A stretch of 64,000 bases of DNA from an uncultured Muribaculaceae bacterium. GTDB lineage: Bacteria > Bacteroidota > Bacteroidia > Bacteroidales > Muribaculaceae. The notes under the pieces are model-generated. The model saw only the letters and a program-made list of their open reading frames with translations. It was not told where the DNA came from and searched no databases. Numbering within the stretch: position 1 is the first letter of the stretch; every line of letters starts with the position of its first letter. The stretch is taken from assembly GCA_910579605.1 (NCBI GenBank), contig CAJTUG010000001.1, positions 12,577 through 76,576 on the forward strand, given 5' to 3'. This document shows, piece after piece, positions 10,330 to 20,043 of the stretch. The translations under genes were made by a program, and so were the position numbers.

Positions 10330-10337
10330 CAAAGTTA
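10330..10337 (-). promoter_or_regulatory. candidate -7 box (TAACTTTG) for the R-M operon
   Basis: The plus strand reads caaagtta. It lies about 150 nt upstream of the M1 ATG, and a mirrored TACTTTTG sits on the plus strand at 10316..10323. Confidence 0.4.
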
Positions 10338-10389
10338 CGCAAACTTTTTGAGATTAGGGTTATTCCGTTAGCGAAAACTTGATTATTTG

Positions 10390-10404
10390 ACACAGCTCTT
10401 TCAT
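10390..10404. repeat. right copy of the direct repeat flanking the R-M islet (ACACAGCTCTTTCAT)
   Basis: See 6142..6157. Lies 48 nt downstream of the flippase stop codon. Confidence 0.6.
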
Positions 10405-10451
10405 TTAAAATCTCTTGCTTTCTCCTATCAACAACCGTTTTGGGACTCTAA

Positions 10452-11885
10452 TTATTTTTTCGGCCGATTTTTAATTTTGAATTTAAACACAATCGCCACA
10501 GCTACAAGGAGAATCATGGGGGCATACAGCCATAACGTATGCGAAAGCACTACACCTGCTATTCCAGTAGCCAAACCTGCAATACAGAGTCTGCGAGTTC
10601 CGCCTCTCAGCCGCATACCATAACGCCTCCTGTAAATCAGATATATTATCACCGTATAAGCTAAATACCACAAAGTATAGGCTATTCCCAAGCCCAAGAA
10701 GCCCATATGGCGGAAGAGAACCACAAATAGCACAAGGTAGAGGACGGCACTGAGGCTTTCGCTCCATAGGTATATTTTGCCGTCGCCTTTAGCAAGAATT
10801 ACAAATGCCATGCACCACGATATTGCCCTGAACATACAGCCCGTCATACCTATGGTTACAAACGGTAGCACGGCCTCGAAACTCGACGTATATAGTATTT
10901 TTATCGCAAGCCACGCAAACGAAGCAAATATCAATACCAATGGCACAAGAACGCTCATGGCTATTTTTATCTCGTGAGATACTATGACCTCCGCGCGTTT
11001 TGTATGGCCGATAACCGACGATAGGCGAGGGTAGAACTCTACAGCTATAGCAGTGAAGATAATACCAACATAAGAGTTTATCAATGTGTATCCCGATTGG
11101 AAAATGCCCACCGTGCTTTCATCGTAATTATGATTGAGGAATACAACAAATAGATAAGCCGACATCATAGAAAAAGTCGTGCTTAATGTCATATATATTC
11201 CCAGTCCAAGTATGCTTTTACCGTCTTTTAGCGCCTCTATGGTACTAATTTTAACCCTATGTCCTGTGTGGACACCAAATTTGAGACTGAATGCAAACAG
11301 GCAGAACGAATAGGTGAGAAGAACCGGAACCAACCCGTCAACTCGGAAAAAATATAGAAGGGGAATTGAAACGGCAACGCCTGTCAATGCCGAGTAAACC
11401 GAACTTTTTGCAACACCTCCAAGCTTGTCGTAGCCTTGCATAATGGCAGTTTCTCCTCCTGCTACAGAACTGAAAAGAAGCATGGGAGCCAGGCATACGA
11501 AACTCAATATATAATCTGAATTTCCAAAACCCCAGCGGCTCAGAAAAGGGGACAGGACAACTGCCGTCATCAATCCAAAGATCCCCAATAATAATGCCAG
11601 ACGACGTACTATCCCTGTTATCCGTTGCCGAGATTCATCGCTTTGCTTAGCCGAAAGATCTCGCACTGCACTCTGCCGCAGACTCAGCTGGCTTATAGTA
11701 GTGAGCAAATCCATTGTGCTCACCAAAACCGCAAGTATACCGACTCCCGCAGGACCTATCAGCACTGCTGTAACCTTCGTGCGCACAACGGCACAAATCA
11801 CGCCTAATGCCTGTGCTCCTCCGAAGATACTCAAAGCCTTGAGAACTCGTGTCGTTGTAGCAGATGTTCCAATACTCCCTTTCAT
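10452..11885 (-). CDS. oligosaccharide/polysaccharide flippase family protein (Wzx/MOP superfamily)
   Basis: 477 aa with roughly 12-14 predicted TM helices and a typical MOP flippase composition. 4-nt overlap with the upstream M23 gene. Confidence 0.75.
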   Translation of the reverse strand: MKGSIGTSATTTRVLKALSIFGGAQALGVICAVVRTKVTAVLIGPAGVGILAVLVSTMDLLTTISQLSLRQSAVRDLSAKQSDESRQRITGIVRRLALLLGIFGLMTAVVLSPFLSRWGFGNSDYILSFVCLAPMLLFSSVAGGETAIMQGYDKLGGVAKSSVYSALTGVAVSIPLLYFFRVDGLVPVLLTYSFCLFAFSLKFGVHTGHRVKISTIEALKDGKSILGLGIYMTLSTTFSMMSAYLFVVFLNHNYDESTVGIFQSGYTLINSYVGIIFTAIAVEFYPRLSSVIGHTKRAEVIVSHEIKIAMSVLVPLVLIFASFAWLAIKILYTSSFEAVLPFVTIGMTGCMFRAISWCMAFVILAKGDGKIYLWSESLSAVLYLVLFVVLFRHMGFLGLGIAYTLWYLAYTVIIYLIYRRRYGMRLRGGTRRLCIAGLATGIAGVVLSHTLWLYAPMILLVAVAIVFKFKIKNRPKK

Positions 11886-13222
11886 AGTCCCTTGAGCCAG
11901 TCGGCCGGGTCAAGTTTTTCTTTTTCGTGCCGTATTTCAAAATGAAGTCGCGTCAAGCCATCTGATTCGTCTGTGCCGATTAGACCCAGTTTCTGTCCGG
12001 CTTGAACTGTCTCACCTTTTCTCACATCCAAGCTTTTTAGCCCTGCATAAACAGTGAGATACTCGCCATGGCGCAGGAGGACTACATTGCCGAAACCTTC
12101 CATAACTATCACCATACTTACAGTGCCGGGATAGACGGCCACAGCCTTAGCGCCGGCAGTTGTCTCTATGTCTATGCCATTGTTTTGGATCTTCACTTTG
12201 CTGTATTCACTGTGATTGTTAAGCCCGAAATTGCTTACAACGCGGCTCGCTCCGTCTACAGGTAGGCGCAGAGAGCCTTTGGATTTGGCGAAATCTTTGT
12301 GGATATTAGCAGGCTCTTTTGAAGCAGAAGTATCCTTATGAGTATTCGTTTTTTTATTTTCTGTTGATGTTTCTTTCTTATTTTCTTCGGTTTTTTGAGA
12401 TCCCGATTCTGCTGCTTTACGAGCCTCTGCCTCGCGTTTTCGTCTTGCCTCTTCTTCTGCTTTCCGCTTAGCCTCCAAGGCTGCCTGCCGGGCTTCTTCC
12501 TCGATAATTCTGTCTAATTCCCTATCCAAACGTCTCAGTTGCGACTGTTGCTCAGAAAGCACCTTGTTGAGATTGCTGCTTTGACGTTTAAGTGATTTCA
12601 CTACCGCATTGGCCGATTCACGGCTTCGGGAAGCTTCGGTCCGTGCATCCCTAAGAGCTATTAATGTGCCGTCAAGTTTTTTTTCAAGACTGTCTAAGCG
12701 AACGTGTTTTTGCTCCAAATCATCTTTTTCACGATTTATTTCCTGGGTTTTCTCCAAGTTACTGGCCTGAAGCTCTTTCAAGTATCGCATTCTCGCTTTA
12801 GCTTGTGAAAAACTTGACGACGAGAATATAAAACTTGTAGCACTGCTTTGTTGTCTTTGCTTGCGAAGAGCAACCAAAGATTCCCCAAATGATTTCTTGA
12901 GTTTACCTATCTTATCCTCCTTTTTCCTTATACTGTCTTGCAAGATAAACTTTTGCCGTTTTATTGAATCTGCTTTGTTGCTAAGTGCGGCAATTTGCTT
13001 ATCATGGCTGTTTATATCTGCCTCGATGCTTTGTAAACGACGAAGCTCTTTGCGAGTTTCGGCCACGTTATTTTCTATTTTTTTGCGGGTGCCGGCAGCT
13101 TGCTTAGCAACTTTGTTGCGTTCTTTCCTCACTCCCTGCTGAGTCCGCCTCGACAATCCGTCAGCTTCGCTTGGATACAAGCAAAGTATCAATGAGATAA
13201 CAAGGAAAAGTAAGTGACGCAT
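11882..13222 (-). CDS. murein hydrolase activator / M23 family peptidase with coiled-coil (EnvC-like)
   Basis: Signal peptide, a long K/E/R/Q-rich coiled-coil, and a C-terminal LytM/M23 domain (GIDIETTAGAKAVAVYPGTV..VLLRHGEYLTVYAGL..HFEIRH). Confidence 0.85.
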   Translation of the reverse strand: MRHLLFLVISLILCLYPSEADGLSRRTQQGVRKERNKVAKQAAGTRKKIENNVAETRKELRRLQSIEADINSHDKQIAALSNKADSIKRQKFILQDSIRKKEDKIGKLKKSFGESLVALRKQRQQSSATSFIFSSSSFSQAKARMRYLKELQASNLEKTQEINREKDDLEQKHVRLDSLEKKLDGTLIALRDARTEASRSRESANAVVKSLKRQSSNLNKVLSEQQSQLRRLDRELDRIIEEEARQAALEAKRKAEEEARRKREAEARKAAESGSQKTEENKKETSTENKKTNTHKDTSASKEPANIHKDFAKSKGSLRLPVDGASRVVSNFGLNNHSEYSKVKIQNNGIDIETTAGAKAVAVYPGTVSMVIVMEGFGNVVLLRHGEYLTVYAGLKSLDVRKGETVQAGQKLGLIGTDESDGLTRLHFEIRHEKEKLDPADWLKGL

Positions 13223-13273
13223 CTTCGTCGTTCAGTTTTGTGATAGATTGGCCGTTCTTTTGTAGTTTAAACG

Positions 13274-14146
13274 TTATAGTTGGAAATTTTGGATAAACTT
13301 TATGAGCTGTGTCGTGCTTAGTCGTGTATACGATGGGTTTACTGTTGGCGGATTCGGCGATATGCCCCTGTTCCATCTGGCTTTGTCCATGCTCCATGTA
13401 AGGTTGCATTCAATTGGTTTGCTCGTCACATTGGCTTTCAGATCCACAGATTCGCTTATCATCCCACCGGGAGTGAGACTATGGCCAGAAAATGTGCAAT
13501 CTATCGATCGAGAGCCAGGCATATCTACTTTCAAACTTTCCAAAACCGGCACCATAGAGCCTTCTTTTGATCCTGTTGCCGAAAAAATGCAACCAAAACC
13601 TTGGGGTAGTTTCTTGGGCGAAAAACTCCACATATTGCTGCTGTCGCTTATCTTGAAAAGATTTGCGTCTTTATAAGTGATAGTGCCCTTGCCCGGAGCG
13701 AAAGCTTGCCCCAATATTATACTCTGCAAATCAGCCAAGCACAAACCTGTGGCACTGCTGAACTTTTCCATGCTTTCGACATATGCTATGCGATTCAGCT
13801 TAACAATCATATAAACTGAATCTTCATCAGCATACAACGAGGCCATCTCTATACCGAAAACCTTTACGGAAATGCCTATAGATTCACCCTTAACCATGGT
13901 AGCAGTACCAGAAGCCGATAAGCTGATCGGCTTACTCAAACACACTTTTACAGGCATCTTGACATCGGTCCATGCGGTGTAGCTGTTAGACAGGCCATCG
14001 AAATTGTTAGCCGGTTTTATTTCAACCTTGTTTTCGGCTTTTTCATATCCTGCAGCAACACTGCTCTTTTTGCTTGAACAGCCTCCAAAGCAGAAGACTG
14101 TTGCCGTTATTATACCCAACAATATATATTTCCCTATACGTTTCAT
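13274..14146 (-). CDS. DUF4292 domain-containing lipoprotein (LolB-like fold family)
   Basis: Lipoprotein signal FCFGGCSS. Its position between a TPR gene and the M23 peptidase is the conserved Bacteroidales context as I recall it. Confidence 0.55.
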   Translation of the reverse strand: MKRIGKYILLGIITATVFCFGGCSSKKSSVAAGYEKAENKVEIKPANNFDGLSNSYTAWTDVKMPVKVCLSKPISLSASGTATMVKGESIGISVKVFGIEMASLYADEDSVYMIVKLNRIAYVESMEKFSSATGLCLADLQSIILGQAFAPGKGTITYKDANLFKISDSSNMWSFSPKKLPQGFGCIFSATGSKEGSMVPVLESLKVDMPGSRSIDCTFSGHSLTPGGMISESVDLKANVTSKPIECNLTWSMDKARWNRGISPNPPTVNPSYTRLSTTQLIKFIQNFQL

Positions 14147-15933
14147 TCAAATGAATATGCTTTTTGGGTTACCTTTTTCTGTATTTTCTCATTTTCAGGC
14201 TCAAGTTCCAGCGCCCGTTTCCAAAAATCAAGTGCAGCCTCATATTCTCCGTTCATAAAATAAATGTCGCCGGCATGGTCATAAACGTCCGAACTGGGTT
14301 CCTGATTTTTGGCATTCGTGCCATCGTTCTCTTCTTGCTCTATCAAAGACAACACCTCATCCATGACTGTCTTGGCCTCCTTGAAATCTTTTTGTTTGAA
14401 ACATACCCAAGCTTTAGTGTCTAAAAAAGTCATGTTTTTAGGTTCTGCCATAGTGGCAAGCGATGCATAAATCATGGCTTTATCCAAATCCCGACCAGCC
14501 TCCGCCATATAGTAAGCCACATTGTTCATAGCCATAAAATTCTCATCGTCAAGACTTATGGCGCGTTCGTAATTCACAATGGCGCTATCGGTTTCCTCTT
14601 TTTTGTAAAATATATCGCCTTTGGTGGAATAAACCATAGAAAGAGCTTTGGTGTTGGCAGTCTCCGGCGATACCGAATCAAGCAAAGCCAAAGCCCCGTC
14701 AAAGTCGTCTTTAGCCATCAATGCCCACGATCCGCTCAATGCAAAATATGGTTGGTCTGGAAAACGGCTTAGAGCTTCTCGCGAGGCTTCAAGCAGATTT
14801 TCGCTGTCGTCAAGTTGGCCGTAGGCTTGAACTAAGCCTTGCCAGCTCTCTGCATCGCCAGGTTCAAGATCCACGCTGTAGCGGAATTGTTCGGCAGCTC
14901 CGGTGGCATTATCAATTGTCATTTCATATGCGCCATAAAACGAATGAAGCTGTGCTTCGCCAGGATTTACCTCTTGCAATATATTGAACATTTCTGTGAT
15001 GCGCGGCCGTTGGGTGCTGTCGGAATAAAGCTTCACAACATAGTCAGATAGCAATCGGAATTTTGACTCGAATTCCAAAACCGGAGATTCCAACGCACGG
15101 AAGACCTCGCGGTCGTATGCGGCGCTATCTCCAAGATTACGGAAGAAATTGGCGCGGCTTAAATAAACTGCTCCGGAAGTGGAATCAAGCTCACATGCAC
15201 GGTCAAATTGCACCAAAGCCTCCTTTTCTTTCCCCAGCTCTGAATATAAAGAACCGGTGAACAAGGCCGCTTGAACCTCGCCGGGAGCTTCAGAAACAAG
15301 ACGTTCTAATTCAAGATAAATTGAATTACTGTCGCGGCGGCTCATCAATGCGTTTATTTTTCTTGCTGCCAATGGTATATTGCCCGGCAATGATTTCTGG
15401 AGACGTGAGTAAATCTCTATTGCGCGGTTAAAAGAACTCGTGTCGGCCTGCCGTTGATATTTCGCTATAAGGACATCGGCAAGGTTCATAGCCGGGTCTG
15501 TGCGGTCGGGGTTGAGGCTGTCCACTGTTTCCCATGCAGATATAGCATCGTCAAAACGCCCAAGTTGGCTGGCCAACGACGCATACATCCCTGCATCCCG
15601 GTCATCTGTCGGCGACGATTCAAAGCGCCTCCTTAGGCTATTATAAGCTTCTTCTATGCTTGCCGAATCCGCTTGAGGATTCACAAGTTCTATTTCTGCC
15701 AACGCACCTGCAATGTAAGGATCCGACGGATTTAGGCTTGATGCGCGCCGCAACAACATATAATAATCGTCGTAGCGCTCCTCCGATATTGCAGCGCTTG
15801 CTTCAAGGTAGATATAGCCGGCCTTGAGGGAGTTCTCGCTCGCATTATCATTCTTCGTGGCCGCTATCGTAGCTATGGCAGCCAATCCGGCAAATACCAG
15901 GAAAAGGAGAGATTTAAGTGAGGTAAATTTCAC
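14143..15933 (-). CDS. tetratricopeptide repeat protein
   Basis: 596 aa, signal peptide, repeated TPR-like A..Y/F..AL.L.P units. Confidence 0.8.
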   Translation of the reverse strand: MKFTSLKSLLFLVFAGLAAIATIAATKNDNASENSLKAGYIYLEASAAISEERYDDYYMLLRRASSLNPSDPYIAGALAEIELVNPQADSASIEEAYNSLRRRFESSPTDDRDAGMYASLASQLGRFDDAISAWETVDSLNPDRTDPAMNLADVLIAKYQRQADTSSFNRAIEIYSRLQKSLPGNIPLAARKINALMSRRDSNSIYLELERLVSEAPGEVQAALFTGSLYSELGKEKEALVQFDRACELDSTSGAVYLSRANFFRNLGDSAAYDREVFRALESPVLEFESKFRLLSDYVVKLYSDSTQRPRITEMFNILQEVNPGEAQLHSFYGAYEMTIDNATGAAEQFRYSVDLEPGDAESWQGLVQAYGQLDDSENLLEASREALSRFPDQPYFALSGSWALMAKDDFDGALALLDSVSPETANTKALSMVYSTKGDIFYKKEETDSAIVNYERAISLDDENFMAMNNVAYYMAEAGRDLDKAMIYASLATMAEPKNMTFLDTKAWVCFKQKDFKEAKTVMDEVLSLIEQEENDGTNAKNQEPSSDVYDHAGDIYFMNGEYEAALDFWKRALELEPENEKIQKKVTQKAYSFE

Positions 15934-16007
15934 GCAAATAGGTTTAAAATTCTGTTTTTTGTATTTGTTTATGGAGCATTGGCATCAATAGGCCAAAACA
16001 AGGTAGG

Positions 16008-16451
16008 CTATTCTTTACCCGTATGTCCAAATCCGCCATCGCCGCGCAGTGTTTCGCTAAGGCTTGCGCTCTCATCCCATTTTACCGAACTGTAGCGCGA
16101 CAACACCATTTGCGCTATCCTGTCGCCGGGATTCACAGTAAAAGGTTCTTCGCCTAAATTGGCAAGAATAATACCTATTTCTCCTCGGTAATCGGCATCT
16201 ATAGTGCCCGGTGAATTGAGAACAGAAATACCGTGCTTCAAGGCAAGCCCGCTTCTCGGGCGTATCTGCATTTCATAGCCTTCGGGCAACTCGATACGTA
16301 AACCGGTAGGGATAAGCGCCCTTTTCCCTGGATTCAAAACTACCGGTTGAGACAACGACGCTCTCACATCCATGCCGGCCGAACTACCTGTGGAGTATTC
16401 AGGCAATGGATTAGACGAACTGTTGATTATCTTGACGTGTACTTGCTCCAT
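16008..16451 (-). CDS. dut: dUTP diphosphatase
   Basis: [39 protein letters not shown]. Confidence 0.95.
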   Translation of the reverse strand: MEQVHVKIINSSSNPLPEYSTGSSAGMDVRASLSQPVVLNPGKRALIPTGLRIELPEGYEMQIRPRSGLALKHGISVLNSPGTIDADYRGEIGIILANLGEEPFTVNPGDRIAQMVLSRYSSVKWDESASLSETLRGDGGFGHTGKE

Positions 16452-16484
16452 CTTTTAAGTATTTCTAAAAACATTTATTTTGCG

Positions 16485-16826
16485 TCAAAGGTTTATCCTG
16501 CGGGTCGCTGTCCCGGCTTTCAAGATATAGACCCCACGCACTCCCAAGGTAAGACGCACAGTTCCGCTGCCTACAGATTTACTCGTTATAAGTTGCCCCA
16601 ATATGGTATAAACCTTTATAGTTGTGGGCTGTGTTGTGCTTATATAAACAATACCGTCACGAGTCTCTACATCTATCTTGTCGCTCGCACCTTCTTCGCC
16701 TTCATTACGAGGCGTGCTATCTTGCACGGCAACAATTTCCCATACCGGAGTCTTGTTGCTCCCTGTGGCGGGTTGGGCCACAAGCAACGCCGACGCAGAT
16801 AGTAATATGCAGAGAAATCTTATCAT
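16485..16826 (-). CDS. small secreted protein consisting essentially of a T9SS type A C-terminal sorting domain
   Basis: Signal peptide MIRFLCILLSASALLVAQP. C-terminal IVYISTTQPTTIKVYTILGQLI..LTLGVRGVYILKAGTATRRINL matches the Por_Secre_tail pattern. Confidence 0.55.
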   Translation of the reverse strand: MIRFLCILLSASALLVAQPATGSNKTPVWEIVAVQDSTPRNEGEEGASDKIDVETRDGIVYISTTQPTTIKVYTILGQLITSKSVGSGTVRLTLGVRGVYILKAGTATRRINL

Positions 16827-16833
16827 CCTAAGG

Positions 16834-17874
16834 TCAATCGTAATCTATAGTCATTTCACCGGCAATTGGTCGGCAAAGGGCTTCCCTCACCTCCGACGCG
16901 CTCATGCCAAGACCAAAAAGGTGCATCATCTTAGTCAATGCAGCCTCAAACGTTATGTCATAGCCCGGAATTACCCCCGCCGCTGTCAGCAAATCGCCGG
17001 CAATATAACGGTTGGGGCGAATTCCGCCGTTAACACACTGTGTAACGTTGAGTATCACGACTCCTCGGTCTATAGTCTCGCGAAGTGCGTCGATAAACCA
17101 ACTTTCTGTTGGCCCGTTGCCGGTCCCGTAAGTTCTGAGGACTATCCCCTTAATGTCAGGCGTGGCAAGAAGATGGCGGAAAACATGAAAGTCAAGACCC
17201 GGAAAAAGATCCAGAGCCATCACCTTGTTGTCCATAGCATAATGTGGTTCAAGAGCTTTTTCTTCGCTTATCTTGCGCAGAGAATCCGTGTGGAAAGAGA
17301 TTCCCAATCCTATTTTGGCCAATTCAGGGTAATTATTGCTCTTGAATGCGTTGAAATTGTCGGCACTGCGCTTGGTCGAGCGGTTGCCGCGCCAAAGATA
17401 ATTCTCAAAAAGAATTGCAACCTCCCTCACCACAGGTGTACCGGAAGGGGTACGGGCTGCAGCTATCTGCAGCGCTGTAATGAGGTTTTCTTCGCCGTCG
17501 GTTCTCACCTCGCCTATTGGCAACTGGGAACCGGTGATGATTACAGGCTTCGACAAATTACCGAGCATAAACGAAAGAGCCGATGCAGTATAAGCCATCG
17601 TGTCGGTCCCATGGAGAACCACAAAACCGTCATAGTCGTTATAATTATCCGCTATGCTCCGTGTTATATCCTGCCAATGCCCGATATTCATGTCCGACGA
17701 ATCTATAGGCGGATGGAACTGGATGTTGTCTATCTCATAGTCCAACATCTTTACCTTGGGAACATTTTCCATCAGATGGGTAAAATCAAAAGGCCGAAGA
17801 GCTTTTGTCTCCACATCTTCAATCATACCTATCGTTCCGCCGGTATATATTATCAGTATTCGGGGTTGTTGCAT
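16834..17874 (-). CDS. ansA: type I L-asparaginase
   Basis: ILIIYTGGTIGM and VLHGTDTMAYTASAL motifs. Confidence 0.9.
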   Translation of the reverse strand: MQQPRILIIYTGGTIGMIEDVETKALRPFDFTHLMENVPKVKMLDYEIDNIQFHPPIDSSDMNIGHWQDITRSIADNYNDYDGFVVLHGTDTMAYTASALSFMLGNLSKPVIITGSQLPIGEVRTDGEENLITALQIAAARTPSGTPVVREVAILFENYLWRGNRSTKRSADNFNAFKSNNYPELAKIGLGISFHTDSLRKISEEKALEPHYAMDNKVMALDLFPGLDFHVFRHLLATPDIKGIVLRTYGTGNGPTESWFIDALRETIDRGVVILNVTQCVNGGIRPNRYIAGDLLTAAGVIPGYDITFEAALTKMMHLFGLGMSASEVREALCRPIAGEMTIDYD

Positions 17875-17893
17875 CTATTTTCTTTGCTGTCGC

Positions 17894-19936
17894 TTATTTC
17901 ACTTGCGCTCCGGGGGTCGACGGAGCTGAAGGGGAGATAACGGTAAGACTGCCGTCGGCATTCATGGCCGAGAGAATCATTCCTTGAGACACTACACCTC
18001 TCAGTTTTACCTCTGGCAAATTGGCCACAAACACAACCTGTTTGCCCACAAGGTCTTCTGCTTGGTAATATTGCGCTATGCCGCTTACTATAGTGCGAGT
18101 ACCCATGCCATCGTCTATGACAAAGCGAAGCAACTTGTTGGATTTCTTCACCGGAGCACATTCAAGTACAGTACCGACGCGCAAATCCAATTGCCCGAAC
18201 GCCTCTATAGAAGTATCGGCAAGTTGCGGTGCCGGCTTGAAATTCTTTATCAAATTTTCCCTACGGGTATTTACCAAGCGATCAACTTGGGCTTGGATAG
18301 TTTCGTCTTCTATCTTTTCAAATAGAAGCTCGCTTTGGCCTATCTCGCTGCCCGAGCTGATAAGGTCGGTACGGCCTATCATATCCCACGTTAATTTACC
18401 CATACCGAGCATGGAGCTGAGCTTCGCGCTCATAAACGGCATGAAAGGCTCCATGGCAACAGCTATGCTCGCGCATATCTGCAAATTTAGGTTTATCACG
18501 GTGGCTACGCGGGCCATATCTGTCTTTGCAAGCTTCCACGGCTCTGTTTCCTGCAGATACTTGTTGCCCAAACGGGCAAAGCCCATAGCGTCTTTAAGAG
18601 CATCGCGGAAATGGAAAGTCTCGAGACGGGTGCTCAAACTTTCACGCAGCTCGTCCATTTCTTTTATGGCTGCCAGGTCTATATCTATAAAATCGCCGGC
18701 TTCAGGAACCTTGCCCTCAAAATATTTGTGTGTCAACACGATCACGCGGTTAACATAATTACCCAAAATAGCAACAAGCTCGCTGTTGTTGCGTGTCTGG
18801 AAATCTCGCCACGTAAAATCGTTGTCTTTTGTCTCAGGAGCATTCGCAGTGAGTACATAGCGCAAAACGTCCTGCTTGCCGGGAAAATCACGCAAATATT
18901 CGTGAAGCCACACTGCCCAGTTGCGCGACGTTGAAATCTTGTCGCCCTCCAAGTTCAAAAATTCGTTTGCAGGAACGTTGTCGGGCAATTGGTAATTGTC
19001 GCCATAAGCCATGAGCATGGCCGGGAAAACTATGCAATGGAAAACTATGTTGTCTTTGCCTATGAAATTGATTATGCGTGTCTCAGGATTCTTCCACCAT
19101 GTCTCCCAAGTGTCGGGAAGCAATTCCTTGGTGTTGGAAATATAACCGATAGGAGCATCAAACCACACATAGAGAACTTTGCCGTCGGCTCCTTCTACAG
19201 GAACAGGGACACCCCACGACAAGTCGCGGCTCACAGCACGTGGTTGCAATCCAAGGTCAAGCCACGACGAGCATTGACCGTATACATTGGTCTTCCACTC
19301 TTTGTGGCCTTCAAGAATCCATTGGCGTAAAGCGCCCTCATATCGGTCTAAAGGAAGATACCAATGCTTGGTAGATTTTAAAGTCGGAACAGAACCGGTT
19401 ATGGCGCTGTGTGGGTCTATAAGATCTGTCGCATTAAGTGCGTTGCCGCATGCCTCGCACTGGTCGCCATAAGCATGGGGATTATGGCAATGAGGACATT
19501 CGCCTACAACATATCGGTCGGCAAGGAATTGGCCGGCTTCTTCGTCGTAAAGCTGCATGGATTCCTTTTCTATGAACTTCCCGTTGTCATACAGGCGGCG
19601 GAAGAATTCAGAGGCCGTTTCATGATGGATATCAGATGTGGTGCGGGAATAAATGTCAAACGATATCCCAAGCTCTTCAAACGATTCCTTGATAAGCTTA
19701 TGGTAGCGGTCCACGATATCTTGTGGCGTTACTCCTTCGGCTCGCGCTTTAAGCGTAATGGGCACCCCGTGCTCGTCGCTGCCGCCTATCAATAGAACTG
19801 GACGTTGGCGCAATCGGAGATAACGGGCATAAATATCGGCCGGTATATAAACGCCGGCAAGATGACCTATGTGTACAGGCCCGTTGGTGTAGGGGAGGGC
19901 CGTTGTTATGAGTGTTCGCTTAAATTCTTTATCCAT
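17894..19936 (-). CDS. metG: methionine--tRNA ligase
   Basis: [14 protein letters not shown] (HIGH), KISTSRNW (KMSKS), CPHC..C.AC zinc knuckle, C-terminal tRNA-binding domain. Start moved to M23 (19936) because a -7 box lies at 19958-19965. Confidence 0.95.
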   Translation of the reverse strand: MDKEFKRTLITTALPYTNGPVHIGHLAGVYIPADIYARYLRLRQRPVLLIGGSDEHGVPITLKARAEGVTPQDIVDRYHKLIKESFEELGISFDIYSRTTSDIHHETASEFFRRLYDNGKFIEKESMQLYDEEAGQFLADRYVVGECPHCHNPHAYGDQCEACGNALNATDLIDPHSAITGSVPTLKSTKHWYLPLDRYEGALRQWILEGHKEWKTNVYGQCSSWLDLGLQPRAVSRDLSWGVPVPVEGADGKVLYVWFDAPIGYISNTKELLPDTWETWWKNPETRIINFIGKDNIVFHCIVFPAMLMAYGDNYQLPDNVPANEFLNLEGDKISTSRNWAVWLHEYLRDFPGKQDVLRYVLTANAPETKDNDFTWRDFQTRNNSELVAILGNYVNRVIVLTHKYFEGKVPEAGDFIDIDLAAIKEMDELRESLSTRLETFHFRDALKDAMGFARLGNKYLQETEPWKLAKTDMARVATVINLNLQICASIAVAMEPFMPFMSAKLSSMLGMGKLTWDMIGRTDLISSGSEIGQSELLFEKIEDETIQAQVDRLVNTRRENLIKNFKPAPQLADTSIEAFGQLDLRVGTVLECAPVKKSNKLLRFVIDDGMGTRTIVSGIAQYYQAEDLVGKQVVFVANLPEVKLRGVVSQGMILSAMNADGSLTVISPSAPSTPGAQVK

Positions 19937-19957
19937 TGTCGTTTGATTTTCAAATGG

Positions 19958-19965
19958 CAAAGTTA
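19958..19965 (-). promoter_or_regulatory. -7 box (TAACTTTG) for metG
   Basis: The plus strand reads caaagtta, about 22 nt upstream of ATG 19936 and inside the longer track ORF. Confidence 0.5.
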
Positions 19966-20043
19966 ATAATTTTTTTTCAATGTTTTGCACCATTTTCAAC
20001 ACCCATGCAATTTTATTGGACGCAATGGCTCAAAGGCATAAAG

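Larger units (their letters stand above)
6142..10404 (-). other. AT-rich restriction-modification islet bounded by direct repeats
   Basis: Three-gene R-M operon with its own promoter region between the two repeat copies. My hand counts of single 60-nt lines give 17/60, 22/60 and 17/60 G+C inside (lines 6421, 7081, 8641) versus 35/60 and 28/60 in flanking genes (lines 5701, 11401). Confidence 0.5.

Noticed and set aside
12300-12560. Repetitive-looking K/E/A/R-rich coding stretch that could be taken for a tandem DNA repeat.
   Set aside because: It is the coiled-coil/low-complexity linker of the EnvC-like M23 peptidase. I see no exact nucleotide-level tandem unit.
16678-17940. 420-aa plus-strand ORF, one of the longest in the track.
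   Set aside because: It lies fully antisense to ansA (IYTGGTIGM, HGTDTM motifs on the minus strand). Its product is low-complexity and Arg/Cys/His-rich with no recognisable motif, so it is a shadow ORF.
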